From: Eledone cirrhosa
Lineage: Eukaryota
Assembly (NCBI GenBank): GCA_964016885.1
Contig: OZ024740.1
Location: 349,246,001 to 349,310,000, forward strand
Direction: 5' to 3'
DNA: 64,000 nucleotides
The translations under genes and the position numbers were made by a program. The number at the start of each line of letters is the position of its first letter. The stretch's first letter is position 1. A model generated the notes under the pieces. It made no database searches. It worked only from the letters and a program-made list of their open reading frames with translations, and was not told the origin of the DNA. Below, one piece after another: positions 40,026 to 54,044 of the stretch.

Positions 40026-41133
40026 TCTATATATATAAAACAGAGGATGTCTGTCTATCTGTGTAAATCCCTAAAACTCGAGAAGTACTCGACCGATTTT
40101 TACAAACTTTACACATGCGTTACTTATATTTCTTCAAGGGCAATGGGCTAAAATAAATGCCCTAGGGCCCGCATTAGACGAGAAACCGCATTTTAAAGGA
40201 ATTTTTAGGCTTTTTTGAGCCGTCACTTAAAGATAATCCAGCCGATTTTGCTCGAAATTTGCAGTCTCATAGCATTGCTTTGGATAAAAAAAGCGTACAA
40301 TAGTTCACTAAAAATTTGTTTTATTTAACAGAGGGCACAACATTTACTTACTTTAAGCAGGACCATTTTCAGGGGATTGAGGAAATGGGGAGGACCTTAA
40401 AACTTTTGTCGGCTACCTGTTGACGTTTCGTGCTTTCATCACGACGCGCAAATTCGAGCCCTGTGTACGTTACCGTATTATTGACACCGGAAAACTCACG
40501 TCTGTGCTACTTCTATTAAGAGCCCTTTTCTTGAACCTACACCGCAGTATAAAAGCCATGGGCAAGTACGCCGTGCAGCGGTTGTACTAATTCCGTGGTG
40601 ACCTCCACTTGAAATTGTTGATGGTGACCCCAATAGTAACACCGAAGAGTTCGGCATCCGATATAACAGTTCGGGCTATATCAGATTGGTTAGATTTACG
40701 AAGAGGCTATGGTCTCCTGTGGGGAGGGCCCAACATGCTGTGTGATTACATGACATGTCTTACTCAAGCATTGCAGACTTTATTCTGTACAGTATGCATG
40801 CAGGTGCAATAGACATAACTGATGATGTCTATCCGGATGACTGGGTGCGAATCTATAAATCTCCAAAAGTACCTAACCGATTTTCTCCAAATGGAAGAAA
40901 ATTCATGCGCTAAGATTTAGAACGCTTAAAGAGTATCCAGCTGATTTCCTTCAGATTTTGCACAGATGTTTCACGATTCGGGCCTGTTGGTGTTCTAGGT
41001 TTCCAGTAGATGAACAATCATTCCCTGAGAATAAGAGAATTCAAAAAGGAGAAAGCTACATTCCTCAATCTTTGCATATGTGTGTTGCTATTTCACGTTT
41101 CATACACCATGCAACGTCGAGTCCTGCTACTAG
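40026..41133 (+). mobile_element. Longer Helitron-like element (paralog of 18216-19265)
   Basis: TC start, CTAG|t end, colinear interior. Confidence 0.65.
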
Positions 41134-41156
41134 TATATATATATATGTCACACATT

Positions 41157-41249
<93 letters not shown>

Positions 41250-42800
41250 TTACGTTCGTGCACACATATAGTGAAACACAGACACGCATATAGAGAAGCA
41301 GTCGTAAATATGCACATAAGATCATAGACATATATATACACAGACTCAGATAATATTTGTTTTCAGGTGAGACCATTAATTCTGGCGAACATATATTTTT
41401 AGGTATCCATTCCACCATTAATCTTTAATGTACATCTTTTGCCATGAAAACTACAAGGCATACTGGTAATATTTACGCAAAAATTTCTAAATCCAAACAA
41501 CCATCCAATGTGTTTCCACTGGATTATTGTTTGTCTATAAACCTCTACATTATGTATTATCACAATGTTCAAAGATATTGCCCACAAGTTTATTTCCTGA
41601 TTATTCTAGTGTTGTGTTCTTCAAAAACTAACGACATTTTAGCACAAGCTTTGCTCTGTAACATGAAATAAGATCGTCTGTGAATATGGAGCCTCCATGT
41701 ATTTCCTGTAGTGCACGTGTATTTCCATGTTGCTTTTCTAGGGACATTATGTGATTTATGGCACTCTCAGCTTCACAATACCTGTGGGGGCAGCCATCGA
41801 ATTGGCGCATCACATCATTTCACTGAGTGGGTGTTTCATATACTGTTAGGTATAATGTTTTAGCACATCATATGTGCTCACGAAGAACTGGCGTACTACA
41901 GATTGCTTCAATCTGATTCATGGGAAATTATCGATTGACCTCATTGCTCTTCAGTCTAATGTATAATTTTGAATATTCAAAATATATTTTCTAAAACACC
42001 ATAGTAATTATAATACTCTTAAGAAAATGTGTCAACTAATCTAAGACAGATAGCTGAATCTCCTGCCGCTACCATTCCTTTCTCAACTCTTCTAAAAAAT
42101 TCAGAGAGCTGGACAATATATCTCCAAAATATCGATAAACATAAGTATTTGTATATTTGGATGTAAAACATACGTGGAAGTAATTAATCGGGATATTATG
42201 GAACGTTTTGTATTCTCACTTCTTACTAGATTCATCATAATTATGAAACAAATATTTATGATCATACATTTAATACTTAAAACAATATGTAGAAATATAT
42301 AAATACGACCCTACAAATAATTATGTTATAAAGTCTTGAGAAACTTCACAATATACCTCCGACATGTATCGACGTACATGTGCAACTTCATTAAACGACC
42401 CTGGACATTTGTGTTTTAAGTAATGCGGACCTAATTAATCAGTTAAAATGGGAACCTATTGTATTCCCACTTCTTACAAGCAATATAGTTAAATAAATAT
42501 TCATGGTCAAACTATAATCTATATCTAATTTGCCCGACATCCGTCCGTTACACAATGCGTGTGTGTATGTGTGTCTGTGTGTCTGTGTGTATGTATGTTT
42601 AAACGGAGGGAAGAGGATGATTAATAACTACAGCAAAACCTCAAGTGGTGTTACATTTGCTTCGCTGTGTGTGAGTGTGTGCATGTGTGTGCTACTGTAA
42701 ATGTATGTGCTTGTGTTGTGTGAATGCATGTCTGTGCATTATTGTGAGCATGTCTGTGGTTGCACGTTTTTGTTTATATACTCACGAATATAAATATGTG

Positions 42801-43060
42801 AAGGCGCATGGCTTAGTGGTTAGAGCACTAGGCTTGCAATCGTAAGGTTGTGAATTCAATTCTCGGACCGGGTGATGTGTTGTTTCCTCGAGCAAAACAC
42901 TTTATTTCACGTTGCTCCAGTTCCTCAGCTGAAAGGGAGTACCAGCAATAGCTGGAGGTTTAACCCTCCGATGGACGGGGGGGGGGATCTTATACTCTCA
43001 GTCGTTTCACGCCATGAAACCGGGTTAGCACGGGCCAAATGAGCCTTCTGGCTTAAGACA
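42801..43060 (+). mobile_element. tRNA-headed SINE with CORE-like central domain (copy ~61413-61680; internally deleted at ~23001-23110)
   Basis: A-box tggcttagtggttagagc, degenerate B-box aattcaattctc, then cctcgagcaa.acacttt (CORE-like). Confidence 0.65.
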
Positions 43061-43524
43061 GACTTTAGCCTTACGGCCTGCCCGCTCAGCCAGTGGGATG
43101 GCGTCATTATATGGATAAAACAGCACGTGCTATGACCAGCGGCGCCGAATGGCGCCTGACAGATTGGTCGGTCCAGGTGATCAAGGTGCATATAAATATA
43201 TGTCGTTGTCTGTGCCTTTTGATATGTACTCTGTTTTACCCTGGTTGAGGTGTAGCCCAACAAGGGCGGCTATTTCCTGGAGAGTGTCAAAAATTGTTGC
43301 CTATCTGCAAGAAGCACAATGTCATCCGCAAAGTCAAGGTCAGTAAGATTTTTAGAGGGGTGCCTAGAGCTCATGCGGGAAGTTATGGTTATACTTTTGT
43401 TATTGATTTTGTCAACTGAGAGTCTCAAGCGTTGTCCAGTGCAATCATTGAGCTTAATCCCCAGGTGGTATGGTGTAGGCTCCTGATATTCTCAGTCATG
43501 ACATCTTTAATCTTATTTTGGTAG

Positions 43525-43556
<32 letters not shown>

Positions 43557-43558
43557 TA

Positions 43559-43612
<54 letters not shown>

Positions 43613-43834
43613 TATTCTAGTATCGGAATTAAGAGTATTCCGCAGTTCACAGTAATAATAATAATATTAGCTCAAAGTTTTCTATACAGTAACGGTAAAA
43701 ATCACTTTTAATAATCCTTTACACACATTTCACTGTGTAACACACTTCTATTTGTGTAATATATTTGTACATATATATATATATACACACACACATACAC
43801 ACACATTTATACACACATATATATATACACACAT

Positions 43835-43931
<97 letters not shown>

Positions 43932-44279
43932 TACATACATATGCATACATATATAGGTGTATATACATATATATGTGTGTGTATAAATATACACCGACAT
44001 ATATATATACACACACATACACACACACCTACACATATATTCATATATACACACATACACGTGCACACATACATATACACACATGTTTAAACACATGTAT
44101 ACACACATACCTGTACACCTACAGACATACATACACATATATTCATATATACACACACATACACATATATTCATATACACACACACACATACATGCACAC
44201 ATACATATACACATGCATTCATACATACACACATACATATACACCTACAGACATACATACAATCACCTCTACACACACA

Positions 44280-45655
44280 TGTTTCGTTATCCCTTTTGTC
44301 ATCACTCACAATCCAATATCTCCCGATTCTCCAGCAGTCCCCTAAAATAAATGCACTCATAAAAGACGCAAGTATTTAAGTTCACATATACATTGGGGTG
44401 GGGAATGGGGAATTAATGAAACGTTAACTGAAAAGAGAGAAGGAGGAAAATCCCGTTATTGAAGATGGAATATCATTTTTTTTGTGTTCAGTAGTGATTT
44501 GTTCTTTCTAATAGAGAATTATTCTTTATATTTTCGGAAACGTTCGTTGTCCGACCATATCTTAAAGAAGAGGAAAATTGTGAATTTTCCCTTTCAGCAT
44601 GTTGCGAAGTGTTCACTGCATGTGTTGTTTCTGACAGAGGGGTCTCTCATTTGTTGTTTATGTACTAGAACTCTGTCATGTAGACCCGTTTCGGTTTCAC
44701 CAATGTTGTATTCTTTACATTATGAGCAGTTTAAACAGTAAATCAAGTTTTCGCATTTCTTAATTTGCATTGCTTCATTATTAGACGTAAATTTTGCCTT
44801 GATAAGCAGTTTCTTTAGGTTGGGTGCTTGGCATCTACTATATATTATTTGTGCGTCTTTTATGAGTTCATTCATTTTAGAGGACTGCTGGAGAATCGGG
44901 AGATATTGGATTGTGAGTGATGACAAAGGGATAACTGTTTTTTTCAATTTTTTGTTGCTTTGTTTTTCTCAGTGTTGTCACTGGGATGTTCTGGGCTTTG
45001 GAGATAGCCGTGTTGATGAGGTACCCCGGATATTCTTGTCTTTTAAGGAAACCTTTTAGTTCATATAATCTTTTTTCCTGTAGTGTGGGTTATGTTAATA
45101 TTGTGCAAATGCGTCTTGCCATGTTAAGAGGAATGTTCCTTTTGGAACGTGAGGGGTGTGATAGTCGGAAATTCAAGTATTGGTGTGCATTTGTTGGTTT
45201 GTAAAATAAGTCTGTTTTGATATTTTCCCCTTCTTTAATGATAAGGATATCCAGAAACAGTAGTTCCTTTTTATTACATTCCATGGTAAATGTTATTTCT
45301 TCGTGAAGATTGTTTATGAGGGAATGGAATCTTTGCAGGTCTTCTTGGCTTCTATTCCAGAAGATGAAGTAGTCACCTAGGTATCGTTTCCAGTTGTGAT
45401 TAATGTAGGTGGCGAAGCCATGACTGAATGTTTCCTGCAGTTTGGAATGTAATTTTGCCTCTAGGTGACCCATAACGAATGTTGAATTTGTTGGGGCCAC
45501 TTTGGGGCCCATGGCCGTTCCTTTTATTTATAAATACAGTTTGTTATCCAAAAGGAAGTGGTTGTTCTCCATAATATTATACATATTATAAAATTAAATC
45601 AAACTGTTTAGAACTACAAGTGAAGTCATTCTTTTCCTCTTTTACAAATATACCT
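44280..45655 (-). mobile_element. Duplicate of the Penelope-like element (pLTR side deleted)
   Basis: ORFs 45090-45512 and 44720-44947 match 26392-26814 and 26023-26283. Confidence 0.85.
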
Positions 45656-45702
45656 AACTGAACCAATGATCTCACATATATTCCAATATAATATACATAT
45701 GT

Positions 45703-45751
<49 letters not shown>

Positions 45752-46343
45752 CATATAGATATATCTATGAATGTGTGTGTGGATTATGCATATTTCATCA
45801 CACAAAAGCTCACATATTTACTCACAGTTGTATAGATATAGAGACAGATACAATAATAGATAGATTGATAAACAGAGAGGCAGATAGATTAAAAGATATA
45901 TGCATGTGGAATAATCAGGCAAATTATTATTAATAAATATGTATATAGACTGACAGAACGAAAATCACAGGATCAAGTTCTCAATGAACAGCAAACAATG
46001 TAAAATCTTACCTGAATATTAACATAATCGATGAATGTCTTGGACTGTTTAGAGAAATTAAAGAAATAAAATATCAAACTCGAAAATTTATTATCACATT
46101 TTATTTTATTAGATATAATATTGCAATTATTTTATGAACCAATTAATATATAGTATATATGTGTATTATCATAAGAATATAAATTTTCAATAGAAAGGTT
46201 ATCACAATATATATATAATATATATTGCAAATATATTAAAGCTTAGAAACAGTGAAGTTTAGAAAGTAAAAATTAAGATTGGAAGATACATAGTTTGAGG
46301 AATATTCTTTGAAAAAAATCAAATAATCGTTAAGGATATGTAA

Positions 46344-46405
<62 letters not shown>

Positions 46406-46497
46406 AACAAAAACCACATGGTGGTCAACTGAATGTTTCATATCATGAATACATTTTGCGTTACAACGCAGTTTTATAATTTTCAATATGACTGCGT

Positions 46498-48500
46498 TTA
46501 TTTCTCATACTCGTTATTTCCCTTAGTTATCACATCAACTTTCCGTGCATAAACACAGGATGTTGCCACATTTATTACAATTGGACTATACACATAAAGT
46601 CCATTATCACATGTACCTGTATGATTGAGGACTGTCATTTTAGTATATACTGACTCACATTGGTAATTGTTGTCGGGGAACTCAACATTATCCCCACGAC
46701 ACACTACTTCTGTACGTGATGGAGGGAAGATTGTTGAATCATGGATAATCTTCAGGTTCCAAGGACAAATTGAACGTTCATGGACTAGATCAGAAGAAAC
46801 AGCAGGTGTTGTACTTGTTTCATTCTCTCGTGACAGTGTTGTATCGTTATTTACTGCTGGAGCCATTTCAGCATGTAGAAAGAATTTATTGCCGATGTCT
46901 TCACTAGATAAACTCTCGTATTGATCTTTTAGGTCAGTTGGTATTTCACATTGGATCTGGATGGGTGCCGAAGTCACAATTAAGATATAGTTGACGAGAA
47001 GAATGACAATCTTTATGAGAACCTGCAATATATAAAATATTATATCAAAGAGTGCTTCATAGTTTTAATGTGACACTTATTCAGATAAACAAATCAGAGA
47101 ATAATAGTTGAGATGATTTGAAAATAGCTGACCAGAAAAATACATATATTTAACGAAGATTATATGAGTGTGGGGGGAGTATTATAACGAGAGATCAAAA
47201 AGAGTAGAGATATTATTGCCAATTTAAATGATTATTAATGCTACATAAAGAAGTTTTTTTTTCTTCGTAGTCTAAGAGGTTAGTCCAGAATATTTGACAT
47301 TTCAGAGGAAATAATACACTCGCTCATGAAACAAAGTAAACATCTTTAGATCATCTCATTCATTAGTAACTTTATAACTTGGGGTTGCAGATGTAAAGCA
47401 ATGTCGCTGTGTAATTACTTATCCATATAAATATTTCTACTTTTTTAGGATTAGTTGAGTGGAATGGTGTCATTATATATAATGTTAAAGAGTCCAACAT
47501 ATATACTATACTGGCTGCGAGTTTAGAACGTCTTACAGACTGCTTTACAATGTTCGAATCGGTACTCAGCACTCTCCCAACGATCGATAATATTCCTTTC
47601 ACCCTTTCGAAATCGATAAATAAATACCGATCCAGTGCTGCTGTAGAAACTTCCCCCATATTTCTATCTCACGTCTTATCATAACAATGTCTCACAATCT
47701 GTGGAAAACATTGGATATGATCAGACCAAGTGATTAGATAGGCTCTTCTTAAAGTTAAAATATGTCCCAGAATCCACTCTAAGTTATGGATAGGAAAGAA
47801 GGGAAGAAAGAGAGGAAACTAGAAAGAAGCGATACTATATAAGAACATAGTTTCAAATTTCACCCATGAATTACCAATCGCTAGGATGCTATGAGTCATA
47901 TAATTCTGCAATACATTTTGCCAATGTAACATTTAGAACCTATCTAACCTGTTACAATATATTCAATATGTTTATTATTTCTATGATTATTTCAGAACCT
48001 CATAATACTGGTATTATATTTAACTACATAAATGTATCTCTATTTGAGGCTAATATTACCAATATTAAATTATTATATTTATTATTATTTTACATTAGTT
48101 ACATATGTTACATGTGATCCCAGTTCAATTCTTACTGCATCTCATCTCTTAAATGTTCAGGTCAAAGCTAACTCTTCTGATACCGTAGATAATAGTTTTA
48201 ACAATATACTAACTCACAGTGAAAAATACATTAGATAACCCAACATAAACCTACATTAATATAAATTAAACATCTAATAGTAATCTGCAGTGAGGTATAA
48301 AGACAAGAGATCCTACTGGGGTGCATCGTATCTCTGTTGTCATAGGAAATCATATGTGTCAATTTAAGTTAGTTCAAGTAAATAGCATTTTTGTTAAAAT
48401 TTCTTCCATGAGTACACATAACTATGTATTACTACATAACTACATAAAGGAATATATGAAGTAATATTAATTAATCGTTACTTACATTAGTTACCTTCAT
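46498..48500 (-). CDS. IL17: Interleukin-17-like cytokine, copy 5 (exons 48500-48486, 47022-46498)
   Basis: Intact ORF differing from copy 3 by one residue (NDYEK vs NEYEK); same splice sites. Confidence 0.88.
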
Positions 48501-50694
48501 TATATTGGTTTGTTCACTTGGAAATGGAAAATATGAAGGAAACAGTAAGATATTTTACAAACGAGACGTGTATTTGTTCAGTTCTCAAAGTGATAAACTT
48601 TTGTAATTAAATAATTCGTGAAATTATTTACTAATATACACGAGGGACCGGTAGCGGAATTGACATCAAACGTTAGTCATAATGTAGTGGAAATAATGGA
48701 AGTCATTTATAAATATATAGAGACGGAACTATCAACTATACGGGAAAGTTTACATCCGATGAGGTAAAGTAGAAGTACTTATATCTTTTATTGGAAATAT
48801 ACATATTTATAGTATCCCGCATAAATAATGTCCAATATATTATGTTATCAGCTAAAATAACAGATTAACATGTATATATATTATTTGTTCATTCTATATC
48901 GTAACCTGCAAAATGTGTTTTTGTGTATTTACGTTTTGGTGTCTGTATATCACCGTATATTTGTTGATAGCATTATTCCATTTATATATCCGTATTCCAA
49001 CATAGACAGAAGGCTTCAACTTCATGGAAAGGAAGCAGTCAATTACATCGTCACATGGAATGTAGTAGTTGCCACTTTAATTCCTTGGCTCCGGAAGCAC
49101 TGTAAATAATAGGGAACTTAGTCGGATATATTTTCAAACATGAATGAACTATATAAATATTGTAAGGCATTATATCTGAGACTCTAAGGATTCTACCAAG
49201 TAATAATATGCCATATATTTAGATGGTAGACAGAGAGATATTTGCGGCGTCAGAATGTTTTATCTTGTAATTATCTGGGAAATAATTGTTTCTACTTTTG
49301 GCACAAGGCCAGCAATAAACCAGTGCATTACTGGTACTTTATTTTATCGATCCCGTAAGGATGAAAGGCAAAGTTAACCTCGGCGGGATTTGAACTCAGA
49401 ATGGCAAAGGACGTTACTCTATGCGTCAAAGCATGGCGTCCGACCCTCTACCGATACCGCCAATCCACCAACCCAATTATCTGGGAAATAATGTTCTAGT
49501 TTCAGATAAGATTAATCCTAATTTTCATTTTTATTCTTACGGCATCGATAATAATCTATATTATTTGTCAGGGTTTGACTTCATTAACTATAGCTTCCCC
49601 GAATGTATTTTGTTTGGGGCCAGTGAGAGAATTCAAATATATTTCGGTCGAACGTTTTATGTGTTCTAGAAATGCTGCGCTATACTATGTGCATATTTTG
49701 CTAAACCGATATATTGTATGTGTCGTTATAATTATTTCAATTGTGACTGAATTAAAGTCAAGCTCCAGTTTAATTGTCGGCCAGATATCTATGCTAATTC
49801 TACAAATCGAATACTCTAGTTATATCACACCTGCGGTCTTTGAGGAAGCACATAGTATACGCAGCCCCTCTTTGTGATATACTTCATGTTCATTATGAGG
49901 AAAAGCATATCACATAATGTATGCCAAAGTAATATCGCAGAAACAAGTTTAGTTTAGAAACAAGAGATATTTTGCAGGACATTATTTCAATGTCGGTAAT
50001 AAATACCAATGATGTTCCTGGAAACAGGCGTGGCTCTATGGTCAAAACGTGAACGTTTCAACAATATTTCTCAGGATTTTGGTCACCACACTTGAAATAT
50101 TATGCTAGGCACGAGACTCTACTATATAACGTAGATTTTAATTTTCATGTATAATTTGTGTTTGCAGTTTATTTATATATGTATGTGTATATTTAAATTT
50201 AGATGAATTCATATACTTTTAAAAGGATGACCACATATAGGCTTGTATTTTCTCCAATATACTTCAAATAGATAATATAAAAAAGAATTACGTAGGAGAG
50301 TAATATAGAACATAAAAGATAATCCTAGAAGAAAAACAGGAGAAAAGAAGATGGAAGGAACGTTTTACACTGTACGTTTTGCCAACACCTTGTTCTTAAA
50401 AGCAAGCAGGGGCTCCGTTTGAAGTTGGAGGCCTCTCATAAAAAGGGGCCAAATTCAGAAAAGTGGCTTTGTTTAATTGGTGTTCTTGATCAGTAGCCTT
50501 CCGCTCCTCGACTCACTATAAAACAGGTCACAAGTACTGACCAGTATATTTACATACAAATATATGCCGAAATATAAATATGCATATTTATGCCAGAAAC
50601 ATAAATATATAAATATCTAGCAAAACATTACGGATATTTATTTAAACTATGTTTTAAATGTCGCTATTTTCAAAATGAGACAATCACTGAAATT

Positions 50695-50792
<98 letters not shown>

Positions 50793-50798
50793 GGGGGG

Positions 50799-50837
<39 letters not shown>

Positions 50838-53800
50838 TTTGAATCCCTAAAACTCGAAAAGTACCCAACCAACTTTTTCAAACTTTACATGTGAATTATT
50901 TATGTTTCAGGGAGTGTTATGCACATAAAAAATTCAACTTTTTCATCGCCTAGGGCCTGCATTAGTTGTAAAACTGCGTATTTTCAGGCTTCTAGGGGTT
51001 TTTTGAGGCGTAACGTCAGACTGATTTCCTTGAAATTGCAACTATGTATTAGTCTGGCTCTTCTTCATACTGTGAGCAAAGAAAATCCAACTTGTTTATG
51101 GCCTACAGCCCGTATTAGGTAAAAACCTGCATTTTTCCTGCTTCATTGAAGAAAATCTTAAAGATTATCCAGCCATCAGAGTATTCGGTTTATTATTCTT
51201 TACATATTGTCGAAACATGCAGTAAGTCTGTTGGCGGCCCACGTTCCAAAATACCTTATCCTGTGCAACGCCGGTTACCACTGCTAGTTAGTAAATAATA
51301 TACAGATTATACAGCATTATCGATCCTGTATGTATACTGCCATATATATCCTATAAAATATTATGATTTGTGTATGCAATTTTATTCATATGTGCATGTG
51401 TATTGATAAATTTACATGAATTCATATACTTTCAAATGGATGGCTCACGACACGAATGCCTTAAATAGAATAACGTAGAACAAGAATACAAATACATAAT
51501 TGATAATACGAGAAGAAAGCGAGAAGAAAGAAAGAAACAAGAAAAGGTTTACCCTGTATGTTTTGCTAAGCTCTCGTACTTAAAAGCCAACGGCGCTCTG
51601 TTTGAAGTTTGGGGCTTGCGAGAATATGGGGCCACATATAAAAAGATTAGCCTGTTTTAAAAGGGGAATTTGGACATTAGAGCAGCCCATCCGAATTCCG
51701 ATAAATCCGGCCCTTATTTTTTATCAATATATTAACATACATATAGGGCGGTGGATTGGCAGTATCGGTAGAGGGTTTGCCGCCATGCTTTCCAGCATAG
51801 TTGCGTCCCTTTATGATCTGAGTTCAAATCCAGCCGAGGTTGACTTTGCCTTTCATCCTTACGGGGTCGATAAAATAAAGTACCAGTAATGCACTGGGTA
51901 ATTGCTGGCCTTGTGCCTAAAGTAGAAACAAATATATTAACATACAAATATTTGCTTGATTACTAATATGCATATTTATGTCGGTAAAATAGCTATATAA
52001 ATATCTAGTAAATAATTACGGATATTTGTTAAAACCAGATTTAAATGTGGCTAGTTTCAAAATTGAGCCATTTGTCTGTTGTTGTTTCTTATCATACAAG
52101 TGTAGAATTTCAAATATTATGTCTCTGTGTATGCTATGTATGCTGTCTAAAGATTGTCTAATGTCAACAAGAAATAGAGCCAAAGTGTTTCTTCTCTGTA
52201 CAACTGAAATTGAACTAGTTTACTGAAAAGCGAAATGACTCAAAGCATAAAAGAACTCGATGAGGCGTACACAACTGCTCTTGCAGAGTATGTAAACAAA
52301 AAGCACGCAGACTCATGGGCTCTAGTCAACGAAAGAACTGGTAGAAAAAAAGAAGCCTGCACCCATCATCAATGAGGCTCCCAAGAAGCTGGGTAAAAGA
52401 GCTTGACTAAACACTTCAAGTGAGTATTGGTACAACCTTCCACTATAGAAGAGGATCTCCAAAAGTTTGCGGTATAAACAGAACACGGTATCTCCACTGG
52501 ACTTTTCACTTTGAGTGAGATCAACCAGGTGATCAAAACACTTGAAAACAAGAAATTAATGGTTATACCTTTGTTATCGATTTTGTCAACTGAGAATCTT
52601 TGAGCATTATCTAGTGCAATGATAAAATTTACCTCGGCGGGATTTGAACTTTATGGTCTAAGTTCAAATCCCGCCGAGGTTAACTTTGCCTTTCAACCTT
52701 ACGGGGTCTATAAAATAAAGTACCGGTAATGTAGTGGGTCATTGCTGGCCTTGTGCCAAAAGTATAAATAATTATCTAGTGCAATGATATTAAAGATTAA
52801 TGGGGCAAGTGTGTCACCCTGCAGCGCATTCCTGTGAAATGTATGTTGGAGAAAATGCAAGCGTGTCTTGGGTCATCCTTTGAAAAGTATATGAATTCAT
52901 GTAAATTAATATATACCCATATATATATAAATAACACTGCATACACAAATTTTACATGAAGATTTAAATCTACGTTTTATAGTAGATTCTCATACCTAGC
53001 ATAATGTCTCAAGTGTGGTGACCAAAATCCTGAATAAGATTATTGCAATGTTCATGTTTTGACCATGGTGCCACGACTGTTTCCGGGAACACCGTTGGTA
53101 TTTATTACCGACATTGAAATAATGTACTGCAAAATTTCTCATATTTTTAAGCTATTTCATAAAATAAAGCTGTGATATTACTTTGATATACTGTCATGTG
53201 ATATGCTTTTCCTCAAAATTAACATGAAGTATATTGCATAAAAGGGACTGTGTATAGTATGTGCTTCTTCAAAGGGCATAGGTGTGATATAACTAGAGCA
53301 TTCGATTTGTAGATTTCACAAAGATTTCTGACATAGCAAAATATGCACAGCATTTCTAGAACCCTTAAAACGTTCGATCGAAATATATTTGAATTATCTC
53401 ATTGGCCCGCATAACATATATTGAGGGAAGCAATAGTCAATAAAGTCGTTCCCTGACAAATAATATAGATTATCGATACCATATGAGTAAAAGAGAAGAT
53501 TAGGACTAACCTAATCTGAAACTGGAACACTATTTCCTGTAAATTATTACCAGATAAAACAGTCTAACGCCGCAAATATCTCTCTGTCTACCATTTCAAT
53601 ATATGGCATGATATGCACTTGGGAGAATCCGTAGGGACTCAGATATAATACCTTAAAATATCTTATACGGTGCATACATATTTGAAAGAAAGCCCGACTA
53701 AGTTCTATGTTGTTTACACTATTTGTACAGGATACTATAAATATGTATATTTCCAAAAAATGATATAAGTACTTCTACTTTACCTCATCGGATGTAAACT

Positions 53801-54044
53801 TTCCCGTATTGTTGTTACTTCCGCCTGTATGAAATTATAAATGTTTTCAATAATTTGCATTACATTATGACTAACGTTTGATGTCAATTCCGCTACCGGT
53901 CCTTCATATATATATATAAGTCCTTTCACTATTGGTTTCATTACAAACGTTTATCACTTTGGGAACTGAACAAACACACGTCTCGTTTGTAAAATATCTC
54001 ACGGTTTCTTCATATTTTCTATTCCAAGTTAACAAACCAATATG

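Noticed and set aside
42801-42875. tRNA-like sequence
   Set aside because: Degenerate T-arm and acceptor stem; continues into a SINE body.
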